Shown: positions 1-13,900 of the stretch, in pieces
Numbering within the stretch: position 1 is the first letter of the stretch
Layout of the letters: the number at the start of each line of letters is the position of its first letter
From: Owenia fusiformis
Taxonomy: Eukaryota
DNA length: 64,000 nt
Reading direction: 5' to 3'
Assembly (NCBI GenBank): GCA_903813345.2
Contig: CAIIXF020000001.1
Span: 11,966,001 to 12,030,000, forward strand
The notes under the pieces: model-generated
The model's input: the letters and a program-made list of their open reading frames with translations, nothing else
Database searches by the model: none
What the model was told of the DNA's origin: nothing
Program-made: the position numbers and the translations under genes

Positions 1-1431
1 TGATTTACATAATTAGACGCTCAATATATCCACCAATTTGATCAATTATAGCTCTCGATTTTAGCCTTAACTGGTCAAATGCATCATTGACATGCTGTTG
101 AGACAGTGAATTTGCCTTTCCAATAATTCTGTCCTTAAGGGACTGAGTAGATGTAAGGGGTTCATGGTAAACCAATTCTGTTAGTTCTCCAAATACGCGG
201 TAGTCGCAGACATTGACATCAGATGATCCAATTATGTTGTTTTTGGACCATCCTGATATGAGCTCACTTTCGAATTATTACATTTTCCAACAAGATGGGG
301 TTCCAAGCAATAGATCTCACAAGAGTGTCAATTGTTTAAAGGAAAATGTGCCTAGATTCATTCCCCTTAATCACTGCCTCGCCCAGATCACCTGATTACC
401 CAACGTCTACCACTACCACGTATGGGGAGGACTGACAGAATTGGTATACCATAAATCCTTAAAGGGTTCCGATTAGCATCCCGTATAAAAACAATATGGC
501 GGCTCCAGGCGAATTAACAGGATCAGTCCATTTTTAAGAAATAAGGGGAGTTCTGTAAAATCCAGTTTATTGAAATTGTCTTTGAGATAAAGTAATCCGT
601 TTATAATGATTTTGAAAACGTTATCCAAAGAGTGATTGCGTTCAAAGAATACATGTACAACAGCTAATATAAATCCTTGTATTAGAAACCGGTTTGTCTT
701 GCTTTGTTTCATTTGTAGGATATTTCATATGCCAAGCTGTGTGCTATTACGTTATGGGGAAATTTAGATGCCAATCTTTCCTTATTATAAACAAATAGAA
801 GATCCTGAAACTTCACCCATAAATGTGGAATTGATTTGTCAAAAAAAAAATCACCCTTTTATAAATGTGTGACGATCTACAATATACTTATGCTATATAA
901 CAGTTAGAGGTGTTGACACAACGACCTCGAACCTGAGAACCCTTGAGTATTATTCCGGGATCGGGCCTTTTATACTAAACGGTGAGCAACACCAGAAACG
1001 AGCGTTCGATTTGCTAAACGATATGCGTCACCCTTTAAGATCTATTCAGTCCCCTAAGGACAGAATTATTGAGAAGTGAAATTCATTGTCTCAACAGCAT
1101 ATCAATGATGCTATTGACCAATTTAGGCCAAAATTGAGGGCTACAATTGATCAAAATGGTGGACATATTGAACATCTGTTTATGTAAATAAAGTTGACAA
1201 TAAAACTTGGTTTTTGCTACTTTTGGAAAACCTGTTTTGAAACGAAAATGACGTCATTTATTTATATTATGGACGCTGATTGACAGACATTAAAATAAAT
1301 TTGAATTTATGATATACCAAATTAAAGATGAGTAAATTCCCTATCCACTGGTATATAATATGACATGTTTCATCAAGAAAATCAATATCTATTTTCGAAA
1401 TACGAGTGTCCCATTTTTTTGGACCACCCTG
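1..1431. mobile_element. Degenerate Tc1/mariner-superfamily transposon relic with inverted (fold-back) arms; left end runs off the window
   Basis: The + strand at about 280-460 encodes FQQDGVPS..., then a frameshifted DY.VWG-like segment. 1040-1185 encodes a Tc1-type C-terminus (KDRII...DAIDQFRPKLRATIDQNGGHIEHL*). 1-215 is an inverted copy of the same segment. The right terminus is ...GGACCACCCTG followed by TA (1432-1433). Confidence 0.8.
463..1034. mobile_element. TTAA-flanked non-autonomous element (AGGG...CCCT termini; T2/Kolobok-like MITE) inserted into the Tc1 relic
   Basis: TTAA at 459-462 and 1035-1038. Removing the insert restores ATAAATCC-TTAA-GATCTATTCAGTCC, matching the uninterrupted inverted arm (ATGAACCCCTTACATCTACTCAGTCC). 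Confidence 0.65.
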
Positions 1432-1939
1432 TATATCCAGATGAATATATTCGATAGTAATAAACTTTTAAAAGTATTAAATGGGAGAATTCAATGATAT
1501 AAGCCAATTCATGCATATACAATAATGTATGCCTTTGTATTAAATAATAATATATATGGCATTGTACTAAAATACCTTAATTGGTGACTTCAATGTAATG
1601 TCTACATCTTAAATCAGAGACATTGATTGTGCTTTTAATATACAGAACTACCTCCTATAACCATAGTACAGTAGACCTATCAAGAGTTCAATGATTGTAG
1701 AAGGAATGCACATGAAAATGTCCAAATTATCCTATATTTATAATTAACTCAGTAAGACCCTGATAAGTCCAAAAGGCAGATTCTCATGGTGATTCATTTA
1801 CTTCTTTTTAATAGAGATCTACTGATGATATGATCATTTTAAATCTGTATCTCCAAGTTTGATTATATTCTACTTTCCTCCATTTTTTACCTTCTCCCAT
1901 TCAAATTCATGTTTAAATACATAATTAATAATGTCAGCT

Positions 1940-4900
1940 CTATAGTTCATCTAAGTCTAGGGAGTCATCACTGTCAGCCGTATCCACATCACTCAAGTTT
2001 AAATCATCAAGCTCCTCAGAGAAAGCTAAAAAATAATAACATGTTGTTCTAGGATTTTTGGTATGTTGAAGTGAATTACAGTTAAACTTGTATAATTTGT
2101 CAAATTTTTATGTCACCACTTCATGGGTGACATATTGTTATACAGTGTATAACTTGTGTTGTATACATTTTTTCCTAATGTTTAATTCACCAAATATTTC
2201 AAATCTACCTCTATCAAACAACATTTTCTCTAGAAAGAGCCAACATCAATGATTATTTTGGCAAAATCAAGATTTTTGAATTATGATTCGAATACTCGCG
2301 GGATCGCTATACTATGGTAAAAGTGTTATGTCAGAAAAATTTTAATTTGACAGAGGTAACATAACATAACAGAGTAGTGCGATTGTGCCTTATAAAACTC
2401 ACCAGATACTTTTTCTTTTGGCCCATTGTGTTTAGATTTTCTATTCGACCTGAGAGACAAATCTGAGGTATAATCTGCAAGGCTTAGGCTGCTACTTAGA
2501 TCAAGGTCACTACTGTGTATACTGAACATATCTGCTGGTCCCCTGATTTTGGCTTGTGGTTTCTTTTTGTGCCGTTTGGATTTTTCTGCAATATAATCAA
2601 TTAAAATTAGAGCAGGTAACATTATACCAGTATGATTTTGTGATATTTTGTCCACAATGTGATGACAAAAACCTCGTCTTTAATTTACAAATATTGAAAA
2701 AGATAATATGAGGTGCCCCTTGGCCTGATATATAATATGAAAGGTGAAACATATTTTAACAAGGCATTAACATGACAAAATGTCACCACCTAGATGCTCA
2801 CAATATTATTAGTTCAAAGATTTGAATTTCTGAGAACTCTATAGATGATTTTGAAAAAATGGTCAATTTGAAACAAGTTTTTTGACCCTGAGAAGCTCAT
2901 TGAAGATGAAATCTCAAATCTAGGGTCAGATTTGAACTTATGAGAACTTGAAGATGATTTTGAAAAAAAACTAGTCAATTTGAAGCAAGTTGAAAAAATA
3001 CCTTTTTTTGACCTTGAACAGGTCATCAAAGGTCAAATCTTAATTCTAGAGTTAGATTTGAACTTCTGAAAACTTGGAGATGATTTTGAAAAAAATGAAG
3101 TCAGTCGAAACAGTATTTGTCAAGTTATTGGAAGTTGTAAGAAATTGTTACAGACACCGGTCACAACCAGTCAACCGCCATCCGCCGATCACCGTCACAA
3201 AAAATGGAGACCATAACAATATGTCACCACTTTTTGGTAGTGACATAAAATACCCTACAAGTTGTCCAAGAAATAAACTTTTCTTTGGTGGCATCCATCA
3301 TGCATTGTATACCCAAATAAAGTTACAAATACCCGCAACAATATTATTGCTACTTATATCAATGTTCAATTTAATGTTCTTTCTGGCTGCATACTAGTAC
3401 CTGTATTTTGTTTTATTGGCTGGGAATGTGTGAGTTGATTGTTTGTCTCCATGTGTCCTATTCTGTCTCTTAATGCAGCTACAGTCAGGCTGAAAGCAGT
3501 AAAACTTATTATCAATCAACAGTAATATCAAATTCTAAATACAGTAAAACCTGTATCAGTGGAACACCTTAGGCACCTCAAAATAATGTACTTTGAAGGT
3601 GTTCCACTTTATTTACAGAGGTTCGTTTTACATTAAGTTGAAGGGAAACTGGGCTTTGAAGTGTTACACTTATGGAGGGGTTCCACTTAGTGAGGTGTTC
3701 CATAGGTTTTACTTATAATGTTCCCCGACAAATTTTAATTAATACTTAAGAGGATGAGGTAAAAATTTTAGACAAGGCTTTAACATGCAAAATGTCACCA
3801 CCTGCCATATGTTACAGGCACTTTCCACTTAAAAATTGTAGACTATAACAATATGTCACGACTTGTGATGGTGACATAAAAACTAACCGAAGTTCTGTTA
3901 TTTGATGTTTCTCATGATCCCTGTCTTCCTCCTGTCGATTGCTATTCTGCTGCTGTGTCTGGTAGGTGTCTGACAGTTCCCTAAATATCTGAAATAAATG
4001 ACTCAAGAAATAAAATGTCATAAGCTTTCAACTTTTATCACATTTTAAAAACTCAATAAGCAACACTGATTAATATTAATGACACAGACACAATGATGCA
4101 GTGACTCAAAAATGGATTTTATAATTAAGCCCATTTGAAGTAAAATATTGAATATTTGCGGGCCTGTTATGACATTTCTATCAATTCCTATCACATATTT
4201 AATCAGAATATCTTTGATTACCCTTTCGAGTCTGTCATTCCTCCTACTAAGATCTTGGTTGTCTGCCCTTAAAGTGGTCATCTCAAGATCTGTTTTCACT
4301 GTAAACAGAATACAGTAAAACCCTAGATATTCACTCATCTACTACTTGAAAGGATATGTGTTCCCTGTATGGTGTCAGATTTGGTCACACATAATGCAAC
4401 GAGTATATACAGTAAAACCTGTCTAAGTTGAACACCTTTGGTACATCTAAAATGTTCTACTTACCCATTCTAGTTTTAACAGATTCCAATTCCCTACGTA
4501 ATGAGTCATTATCCTCTCTAACAAAGCGCTTCCTGAAAATAGTAACGAAGCCAAAATAGAGCAAGAATTTCCATTCCAATAAGACATTGTAAAACAGACA
4601 AAAATAGCAAAAATTTAGAGATTACGATAAAAAATATATAACAATATATACAATATATAAGTGGTATCAAGGTCATTCATGATGATGATGATGTCAGTTC
4701 TTTAGTGCATATAGGCAAAATATAGGTATCCTGAAATAGTTGTCATTGATTGGTCAGACTGGTTGAAAGTTGGAAGAAGTTGTTGCTTTGAGAAATTACA
4801 ACCTCATACTTAAGCCATCTGCATTTCAAGATCATATAAGAGATCGCTTATCAAAAACGGAACTTCTTTAATATTATCAAGAATTAACCAGGTATAAACC

Positions 4901-7900
4901 CATTCTTACAAATCTTGAATTTCTCTAGTCGCATCAAACATTTGATTGGTGCCTAGGTGTGTGAGGTCATCACTCTTTTTCTGCGCCTGTAGCTGGCTTT
5001 GTACCATATGTAGTTCTGTCATCATATTGCGCTTCCATTGCTCAATCTTACGCTCTGTTTCCAGATCAACACCTTTCTCATATACCCTGTCACTTAGCTT
5101 ATTGAGCTCATCTACAATAATACATATACAATACAAATACAATAGTGCAAATTAGTATCAGATATCATATGATTTTATCAATGAGCCGAGGAAATGATAT
5201 TGAGATATATGAAAAATATGGAAATATGAAATTGGATTTACCTATTAAATTCATGTATGCTATCATTCATATGAGAATGTGTTTAAAGGCAAACTCATAT
5301 TTATGTGTTAAAAGATGTCTCTCAGTAAAAACTGATCACTACCATCTCTTACAGGAAGTACATGTATTAGTATAATCCCCACTTAAGATACCATTAAGTT
5401 AAAAAATAATGGGATACCTTGTATACTTTTGAGCTCCTTTTTGTAAAAGTTCCTCTCTCCTTCCATCTTATCAACTGACCTTCTCAGCTTATCTATCAGC
5501 TAAAAATAAAGAAAATATAATTTGTCTTCATTTGGCAAAATACAGAGTAGTTTGTTTTCATAAATTCCCAAGCATAATTTTCATGTGTACAGTATCTTCA
5601 TGGGCGTAGCCAGGGGGGTAAGATAGGTGTGATCATACACTTTGCTCAACGCCACATAAAAGAAAAAAGCAATTTTGTAAAACTTGTTGAAAGTTTGAAA
5701 TGCTTAGAATGCACCATATACAATGTAAATTTCAAAAAATTTCTGGGGGTGAACCCTCATAACCCCTTTTTGGGGCTCGTTTTACTCGCTGTGATGCAAA
5801 CCCCAAAAATCACACCCCCATGACAATTGCTGGCTAAGTCCCAACTACTTGTATATGACTGAAGCAATTCAGTGGTACATATATAACAAAAGAAGCAATA
5901 CAGTGGTACATATATAACACCAGATTCAGTAAGCCACACTGTCTCTGTCTTTCTGTATATTCTATGATGCAACGGAGAGAGATGCAATGAACATCAAAAT
6001 ACTAATACCACCACCAGCCAACCCAATGAAAGTTTCTCTGCAAAAATACACAGTAAATACCACGAAGTAAAACACTATAGTAAATGAGAAAAGTGTCCCA
6101 GGGGATAAGTTTATTGAAGAGTACTTTATCATATTGTCAGGTAAATCACCAATGAGGTGTTAAACCCTGAAATAAAACATCACGCTAGGATTGTGTTTAG
6201 TTCAAAAGCATCTAAAACAAGAAGAAACAAGGCAATGCAAAATGACACCACCTGCCATGGAATGCCTAACACCAACCACCAAACACAAACTGCCAAACAC
6301 CAACCACCGCTACAAAAATATTTGGAGACTACAACAGTTTGTGGTTGTGAAAAAATGATAAACTGAATAGAGGTATTCTCAATTGTTTTTAACAATATAA
6401 AATATTTCAAAAAATGATTTCAGGAAACAATGAAGAATAACCATCACCAGACTGATATTTTGAGTTAAGGGGAAGTTACATCTCTTACTTTATTTCTAAG
6501 TGATTACACCGACCCTGTGACTGAATACCAAGGACAGATTACCTCCATACACGCAATAAACGCAATTATCTAAAGAGAAGATGTGTGTTCAATGATCAAT
6601 GGGGGAATTATAAGAGAATGGTGTTTCTAGAAATCATTGCAGTAATTTGATACAAGGCATTAACATGCAAAATGTCGCCATTTAACCATTTGTTACAGAT
6701 GCCAACCACCGAATGCTAAACACCAACTGCCTAACACCATCCATAAAAAAGTTGGAGCCTGTAACAACATGTCACTATTTGTGGTGGTGACATATGGATC
6801 TCTTGTACCATTTTCAGATTGGAGGACCTTTCACGGAACATAATTAATGTGACCTGACATAAACTAGCCATCTATTAATCTGATCATGACCCTAGTGTAA
6901 CCATGGCCTTGTAACCTTTGACCTAAGTTTGACCATGACCTTAATGCAGCATTCCATGGCCTTGTAACCTTTGACCTTAGTTTGACCATGACCTTAATGC
7001 ACCATTCAAAGGTTTGCATGCAGGGAGGGTTGGGAATTTGACATGGAGTATTGTCCCAGGAGATAGGATTTTGACATATCACTTCATCTCAGGAGTAGGG
7101 ACTTTTGGAACCTTTGAATGGCATGCAACATTCCAACACTTGAGCAGAGCTTGTTTGTCCCTAGGCTCAACATATAAAATGCAAACCATATCCGTCAATT
7201 AGCATTTGAGTTATCAAAGATTACATTCCTTTTTTTAAGAAAAAATGGCAGCCATTTTGAAATTCTCTTAGCATCATCATACAAAAATTGAGTTATCGCC
7301 CGGACAAACGGATGGAGGGGCGAATTGATGGATGGACAAATGGACGGACAGACGGAAGAATGGATGGCTTTCCTATATTCCCCTCGAACTTTGTTCGGTG
7401 TGATAATAAATAAAATTTGGCAAGATTACACCAAGCAATACATACCCTCTCTTGGTGTTCAATTTTATCATTCAGAAGAGCTACCACTGCTGGAGATTGA
7501 TCTATTTCTATATATGGGGCATCATTTGACATCATCCCAGGTTCAGGATTTGATGAATACGATCGCCCAGATGATGAATAAGCAGGGTAATTACTCTGGG
7601 ATGGCACTGTGCTTTGTCCAGCCTCAAGGTCTCTGAAGCCAACATGTCTCGTCTTAGGGGTGGAGGCCATGAAATCGCGAGAGGAACCAGCTCGTAAATG
7701 GGAAAATTCTGGAGACAAAATTGATATGTTCCATTGTATTTTTTATTAACAAGGTACCCCATTAACAATATTAATATTAATTACTTGATTTATTAATACA
7801 ATTATGACACATTAGTTGATTTAATATAAAGTAATTTTACTAAAAATCAATAATAACAATAACTAAATTGCGATGTTTTTTTGTGAAATTCTGTCAACAT

Positions 7901-10900
7901 TGTTTAATTATTCATACAAAAAATGGCCAGGGAATTGATAACATTTGCCATATATTCATGGAATATTCTGGCTTGCCATTTCCCAATCTTAATGAAAGAA
8001 GGAAACAGACAAAATGACACTTACATGTATATGTTGATTTGTATGAATGAAATTGTTCAAAATTTTGTCAAAAAGATATCTATATTTGGAATCTATATTT
8101 AAAATCAATTTGTTACAAATATTCACCTGGTTTGTGTGATTTAAATAATACTCACCTGGTTTGAGTGATTTAAATAATACTCACCTGGTTTGGGTGATTT
8201 AAATTATACTCACCTGGTTAGTGTGATACAAATAATACTCACCTGGTTTGTGTGATAGAAACAATACTCACCTGGTTTGTGTGATTTAAATAATGCTCAC
8301 CTGGTTTGTGTGATACAAATAATACTCACCTGGTTTGTGTGATACAAATAATACTCACCTGGTTAGTGTGATATAAATAGTACTCACCTGGTTAGTGTGA
8401 TACAAATAATACTCACCTGGTTTGTGTGATATAAATAATGCTCACCTGGTTTGTGTGATACAAATAATACTCACCTGGTTTGTGTGATACAAATAATACT
8501 CACCTGGTTCGTGTGATATAAATAATGCTCACCTGGTTTGTGTGATACAAATAATACTCACCTGGTTTGTGTGATTTAAATAATACTCACCTGGTTTGTG
8601 TGATACAAATAATACTCACCTGGTTTGTGTGATATAAATAATACTCACCTGGTTTGTTTAATACAAATAATACTCACCTAGTTTGTTTAATACAAATAAT
8701 ACTCACCTTGTCTGTGTGATATTAATAAAACTCACCTGGTTTGTGTGATTTAAATAATACTCACCTGCTTTGTTTCATACAAATAATACTCACCTGGTCT
8801 ATGTGATACAAATAATACTCACCTGGTCTGTGTGATACAAATAATACTCACCTGGTTTGTGTGAAACAAATAATACTCACCTGGTTTGTGTGATTTAAAT
8901 AATACTCACCTGCTTTGTTTCATACAAATAATACTCACCTGGTCTGTGTGATACAAATAATACTCACCTTGTTTGTGTGAAACAAATAATACTCACCTGG
9001 TTAGTGTGATATAAATAGTACTCACCTGGTTAGTGTGATACAAATAATACTCACCTGGTTTGTGTGATATAAATAATGCTCACCTGGTTTGTGTGATACA
9101 AATAATACTCACCTGGTTTGTGTGATACAAATAATACTCACCTGGTTAGTGTGATATAAATAATGCTCACCTGGTTTGTGTGATACAAATAATACTCACC
9201 TGGTTTGTGTGATACAAATAATACTCACCTGGTTAGTGTGATATAAATAGTACTCACCTGGTTAGTGTGATACAAATAATACTCACCTGGTTTGTGTGAT
9301 ATAAATAATGCTCACCTGGTTTGTGTGATACAAATAATACTCAACTGGTTTGTGTGATACAAATAATACTCACCTGGTTAGTGTGATATAAATAATGCTC
9401 ACCTGGTTTGTGTGATACAAATAATACTCACCTGGTTTGTGTGATTTAAATAATACTCACCTGGTTTGTGTGATACAAATAATACTCACCTGGTTTGTGT
9501 GATATAAATAATACTCACCTGGTTTGTTTAATACAAATAATACTCACCTAGTTTGTTTAATACAAATAATACTCACCTGGTCTGTGTGATATTAATAAAA
9601 CTCACCTGGTTTGTGTGATTTAAATAATACTCACCTGCTTTGTTTCATACAAATAATACTCACCTGGTCTATGTGATACAAATAATACTCACCTGGTCTG
9701 TGTGATACAAATAATACTCACCTGGTTTGTGTGAAACAAATAATACTCACCTGGTTTGTGTGATTTAAATAATACTCACCTGCTTTGTTTCATACAAATA
9801 ATACTCACCTGGTCTGTGTGATACAAATAATACTCACCTTGTTTGTGTGAAACAAATAATACTCACCTGGTTTGTGTGAAACAAATAATACTCACCTGGT
9901 TTGTGTGATTTAAATAATACTCACATGGTTTGTTTGATACAAATAATACTCACCTGGTATGTGTGATAAAAATAATACTCACATGGTCTGTGTGATATCA
10001 ATAAAACTCACCTGATTTGTGTGAAACAAATAATACTATCCTGGTTTGTTTGATACAAATAATACTCACCTGGATTGTGTGATACAAATAATACTCACCT
10101 GGTTAGTGTGATATAAATAATACTCACCTGGTTTGTGTGATACGAATAAAACTCACCTGGTTTGTGTGATTGCAATAATACTCACCTGGTTTGTGTGAAA
10201 CAAATAGTATTCACATGATTTGTGTGATACAAATAATACTCACTTGGTTTGTTCGATACAAATAATACTTGGCTGGTTTGTTTGGTACAAATGATACTCA
10301 CCTGGTTTGTGCCAATGAATAATACTCAACTGTATTGTGTGATATAAATAATATTCATCTGGTTTGTTAAACAAATCTAGGTGAGTATGGAGAGAGAATT
10401 ACCTGGTATGCGTGAAGATACAAATGTTGACATGGCAATAGCAGAGATACCAATACAATGTACAAATATGGTGTGTGAGAGAGTGGTCTTACCTGTTGGG
10501 TTTAAAGGAGATAAAGCACGTTGTGATGTGGATTTTGCAGACCCAAGATGACTCTAAAAGCATAAATGTTGTTTTTTTAACAATAAACTAAGTGATCAAC
10601 CTGTTTCTATGGTGATTTGGTTAACATTAATCACTATAAAGATGTTTTTTCTCTAAAAGTGATCGTAACCTCATATGAATAAATCATGTAATTTTAATAT
10701 AGGCCTTCTATAGCTGAATAAATGTGAAATGAAATAAACACTATATGGAAATAAACACTTGGGAATTAAAATAAAATATCAATGCCACAAATGAAGCAAC
10801 TGAAATAAAAAAGATGTAAAGCTGTAAGAAAACAGGAAAAATTAGTTGAAATACTATAACAGGAAAAGCGACAATGGGTCTGGTAGAACAATGAATTATT

Positions 10901-13900
10901 TAGTGTATTATTCTGGAGCTGCTCCTTATTTCAATTTCGTACCTATTGTGTTTCGGCATAAAAAACAGTAAATAAACTAACATCATCTTACAGCCATTAT
11001 AGCGAACCCCGAACAGGTGATAAAATATAAACAGCTGGATGAACATTTCATAATCATGACATAACAATTGGATATGGGGAAAAATAAGAGCTTTTTAAAA
11101 TGTAGTTTATTTTTCATTCATGCAAAAGATGCGACAAACAACATATTTCATCGTTTTTAATTTTTTAGCAATAGCCATATATGGAGAGGGTGAGTAAATA
11201 TACATCAAGTTATACTCATATCAATAAATTGAATTGTTTCTTTTATTTCTGAATATTAAAAACATATTTCCATAGCAACAGAATGTTAACAATATTGTTG
11301 TGCCATTATATTTTTAGAAGTTCACTTTTGGTTACTTATTCTGCCTTTATTATTACAGGGTGACCCGAAAAACAGAACTACTCAAAATTATAATGATTGT
11401 AATTAATTTTTCATTCAACATCAATTTTGAGACCTCTTCAAAGAATGGCGTTATTATACTTAAATCAAAGATAAAAATACCATAAAGGTTTACCAAGTCC
11501 ATGTAATTATTAAATAATACTACCAGTATGTATTTCTCATTTCTTTCAGATTGCATTCCCCAATCTGGGCCATACCAACTAAAACTGCCAACTGGATATA
11601 TCAATGTCGCTGATGTGGTTGGAGGTGACATTAAAAATACAATGTTGAAGGTTGGAAAAAAGAACAAGGATCTCTTCATATTTCATCATCACAATGACAA
11701 TACAATCACAATCGAGTCACTCACATATCGTGGCTATAGAATTTCTCATCATCAAAATAAAAACCCATTCTTGAGTAACAAGATCAAAGCACCTTTCAGA
11801 AACAGATTTGAAAGAATTGAAGATAAGGATGAGTTATGTCATGCATATGTACTCAACGATGAAGGAGAAAAATACGCACTTGGACTTCCGAGAAATGCTG
11901 GTGATGATATAGTTTTTATTGATGTATATGACACAGGAACATCTGATGCTCTATACTGCTTCAATGAAATAGGTAAAAAGGTGTTTCTAAAAAATTGAAC
12001 GGCATATTTAAAGGGAACAATTTGTAGCCCTTGAAACATACAACAAAGAATTTATGTATGATGCTATAATACATTGTCAAAATATGTAATATAATTTGCT
12101 GTTCTTTTAGAAGTGAGAGCTCTGGAGTTCTGTCCTGAAGATATGTTTCCATGTGAAATGAATGAAGGTGAGAATTTTAACATTAAGGCGCATGAAGTCA
12201 AATACATTTTCAATATGCTTAATCAGTGACTTTCTAATATTTCTTAATTCATTCTCCAGAAAAAACTTTAAAAAATGTTAAATGTAATATAGAACAAGTA
12301 TTATACTAAAGTTTATAACTGATATGATTTTTATAGACAAATACTGGAGATATCTGCACAAGGGAGCATTGTGCGAGAGTGCAAATATAAATATCTATTA
12401 TCCATGAATGAATAGAAAATATCACAGGCATCAATATCACAGAAAAATGTAACAATCTGTTACAGATAGTAACACTCAGCTTATCACAAAACACAATATA
12501 TCACTATATCTTAGTCATTTTATTCAGCTCTACCCACCTTAATTGCAAGTTTAAAGTTACTATCATGATGAATTGCTTCTTTATGATAATGATGGTAATT
12601 CCTTTTATATAAAAATCCAATTACAATAACTGATGTAATGATGCATTTAAATGCTTCCTTTACACCTATGCATAATGAATTACTATTCAATACATCATCT
12701 GCAGCAAATACATCCTTTCATTTCATATTAGACATCCAGGGGTGGTCTACCAGATCATAAGAAAACCTTTAATGGAGATTTTCACGTCTTAAAGTACCCA
12801 AAGGTCTAAACTGAATGAGGTTTCAGTTCAGCACTTTTCACGCCTGCAGCCAGGATTTCTCAAGTGGGGTTCTATTTTTGCTTTTCCATGGGCACTTGCA
12901 AGCATGTGCAACCTAATTCTAAAAGATGTGCCTGTCATCATGGTCAGAAAGTAGTGTTAATCTATAACTGTCTAAAATTATTTGCGATAACCTATGTGGC
13001 CTTTTGTATTGACAATGTTGCGATATTACTTTTTACGTCAAGTTGATTATTTAAATTTTTGACACAAATCTTATTTACTTTAGATTTAAATTTTAAAAAT
13101 ACACTTCATTATTAAATATTGATTCTAAAAGATACCCGATGCGTCATTGTGAATTTGCAACTTTTCAAAATGAATCAAATTAAATGGCCAATGTTTTTAT
13201 CCTCTGATGTCTAATTTTGCTTTTAGACATCCCACCCTTATAATAAATATGAATAAGACCATTACTAGAGATGTCAATGAAAAAAAAAATCTGAACGGTT
13301 TTGTTCGGAACATTTTGCTTCGGAAATTGTCTATTTGTTAGCGAAAAGCTCTTCAAAACTCTTCAAAGAGAAGGAGTAAAAGGAATAAACCTATTTTGGT
13401 ACAAAATATTGAAAGAAAATGCTGTTTTGTGGAGATTCAAGGGCCAGAAGTTGGGAAAGGGTAAAATGTTCTTATTCCGGAACAGAACCGAAATGCTAAA
13501 AGTTTATCCAGTGAAAATTTCATGAAATATTATTGAGAAGTGAAATTTTTTTCGAAAGAGGAGTATGGCTTGTTCTGTCCCAGCTACTATGAACATAGTA
13601 AATGTGAATGTAATCTAATATAATTAATGAGAAATTTTGGGAATTTTTGACTGTGGGTGCACAGGAACCCCTTGAACCCCAGGTGGCTACAGGCATGCTT
13701 ATATGTGTTACCAGAAGAAAAGGACAAGGGGTCATGCAAATCTATGGATATATCAATCATTAGTCATTGAAACATAAACATTGAAATTATCCCAATATAA
13801 TGAGGGAAGATAATGAATTTTTTCCGAACTTTTACAATTTTTTAAATCAACTGGACCCAGAGTATTTTTTCAATCGACTGGACCTAGAATATTTTCAAAG

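Noticed and set aside
1422-1430. Near-Gli site GACCACCCT (similar ones at about 12740 and 27434)
   Set aside because: One-mismatch matches, at least two of them inside transposon sequence
8115-10388. CRISPR array, or tandem U1 snRNA genes (ATACTCACCTGG resembles the U1 5' end)
   Set aside because: Units are contiguous with no unique spacers and there are no cas genes in a eukaryotic context. Similarity to U1 stops after 12 nt.
11169-11189. 21-nt micro-exon (ttttag|CAATAGCC...G|gtgagt)
   Set aside because: The upstream sequence is in frame with ATGs at 11120/11129 and encodes the signal peptide, so this is the end of coding exon 1
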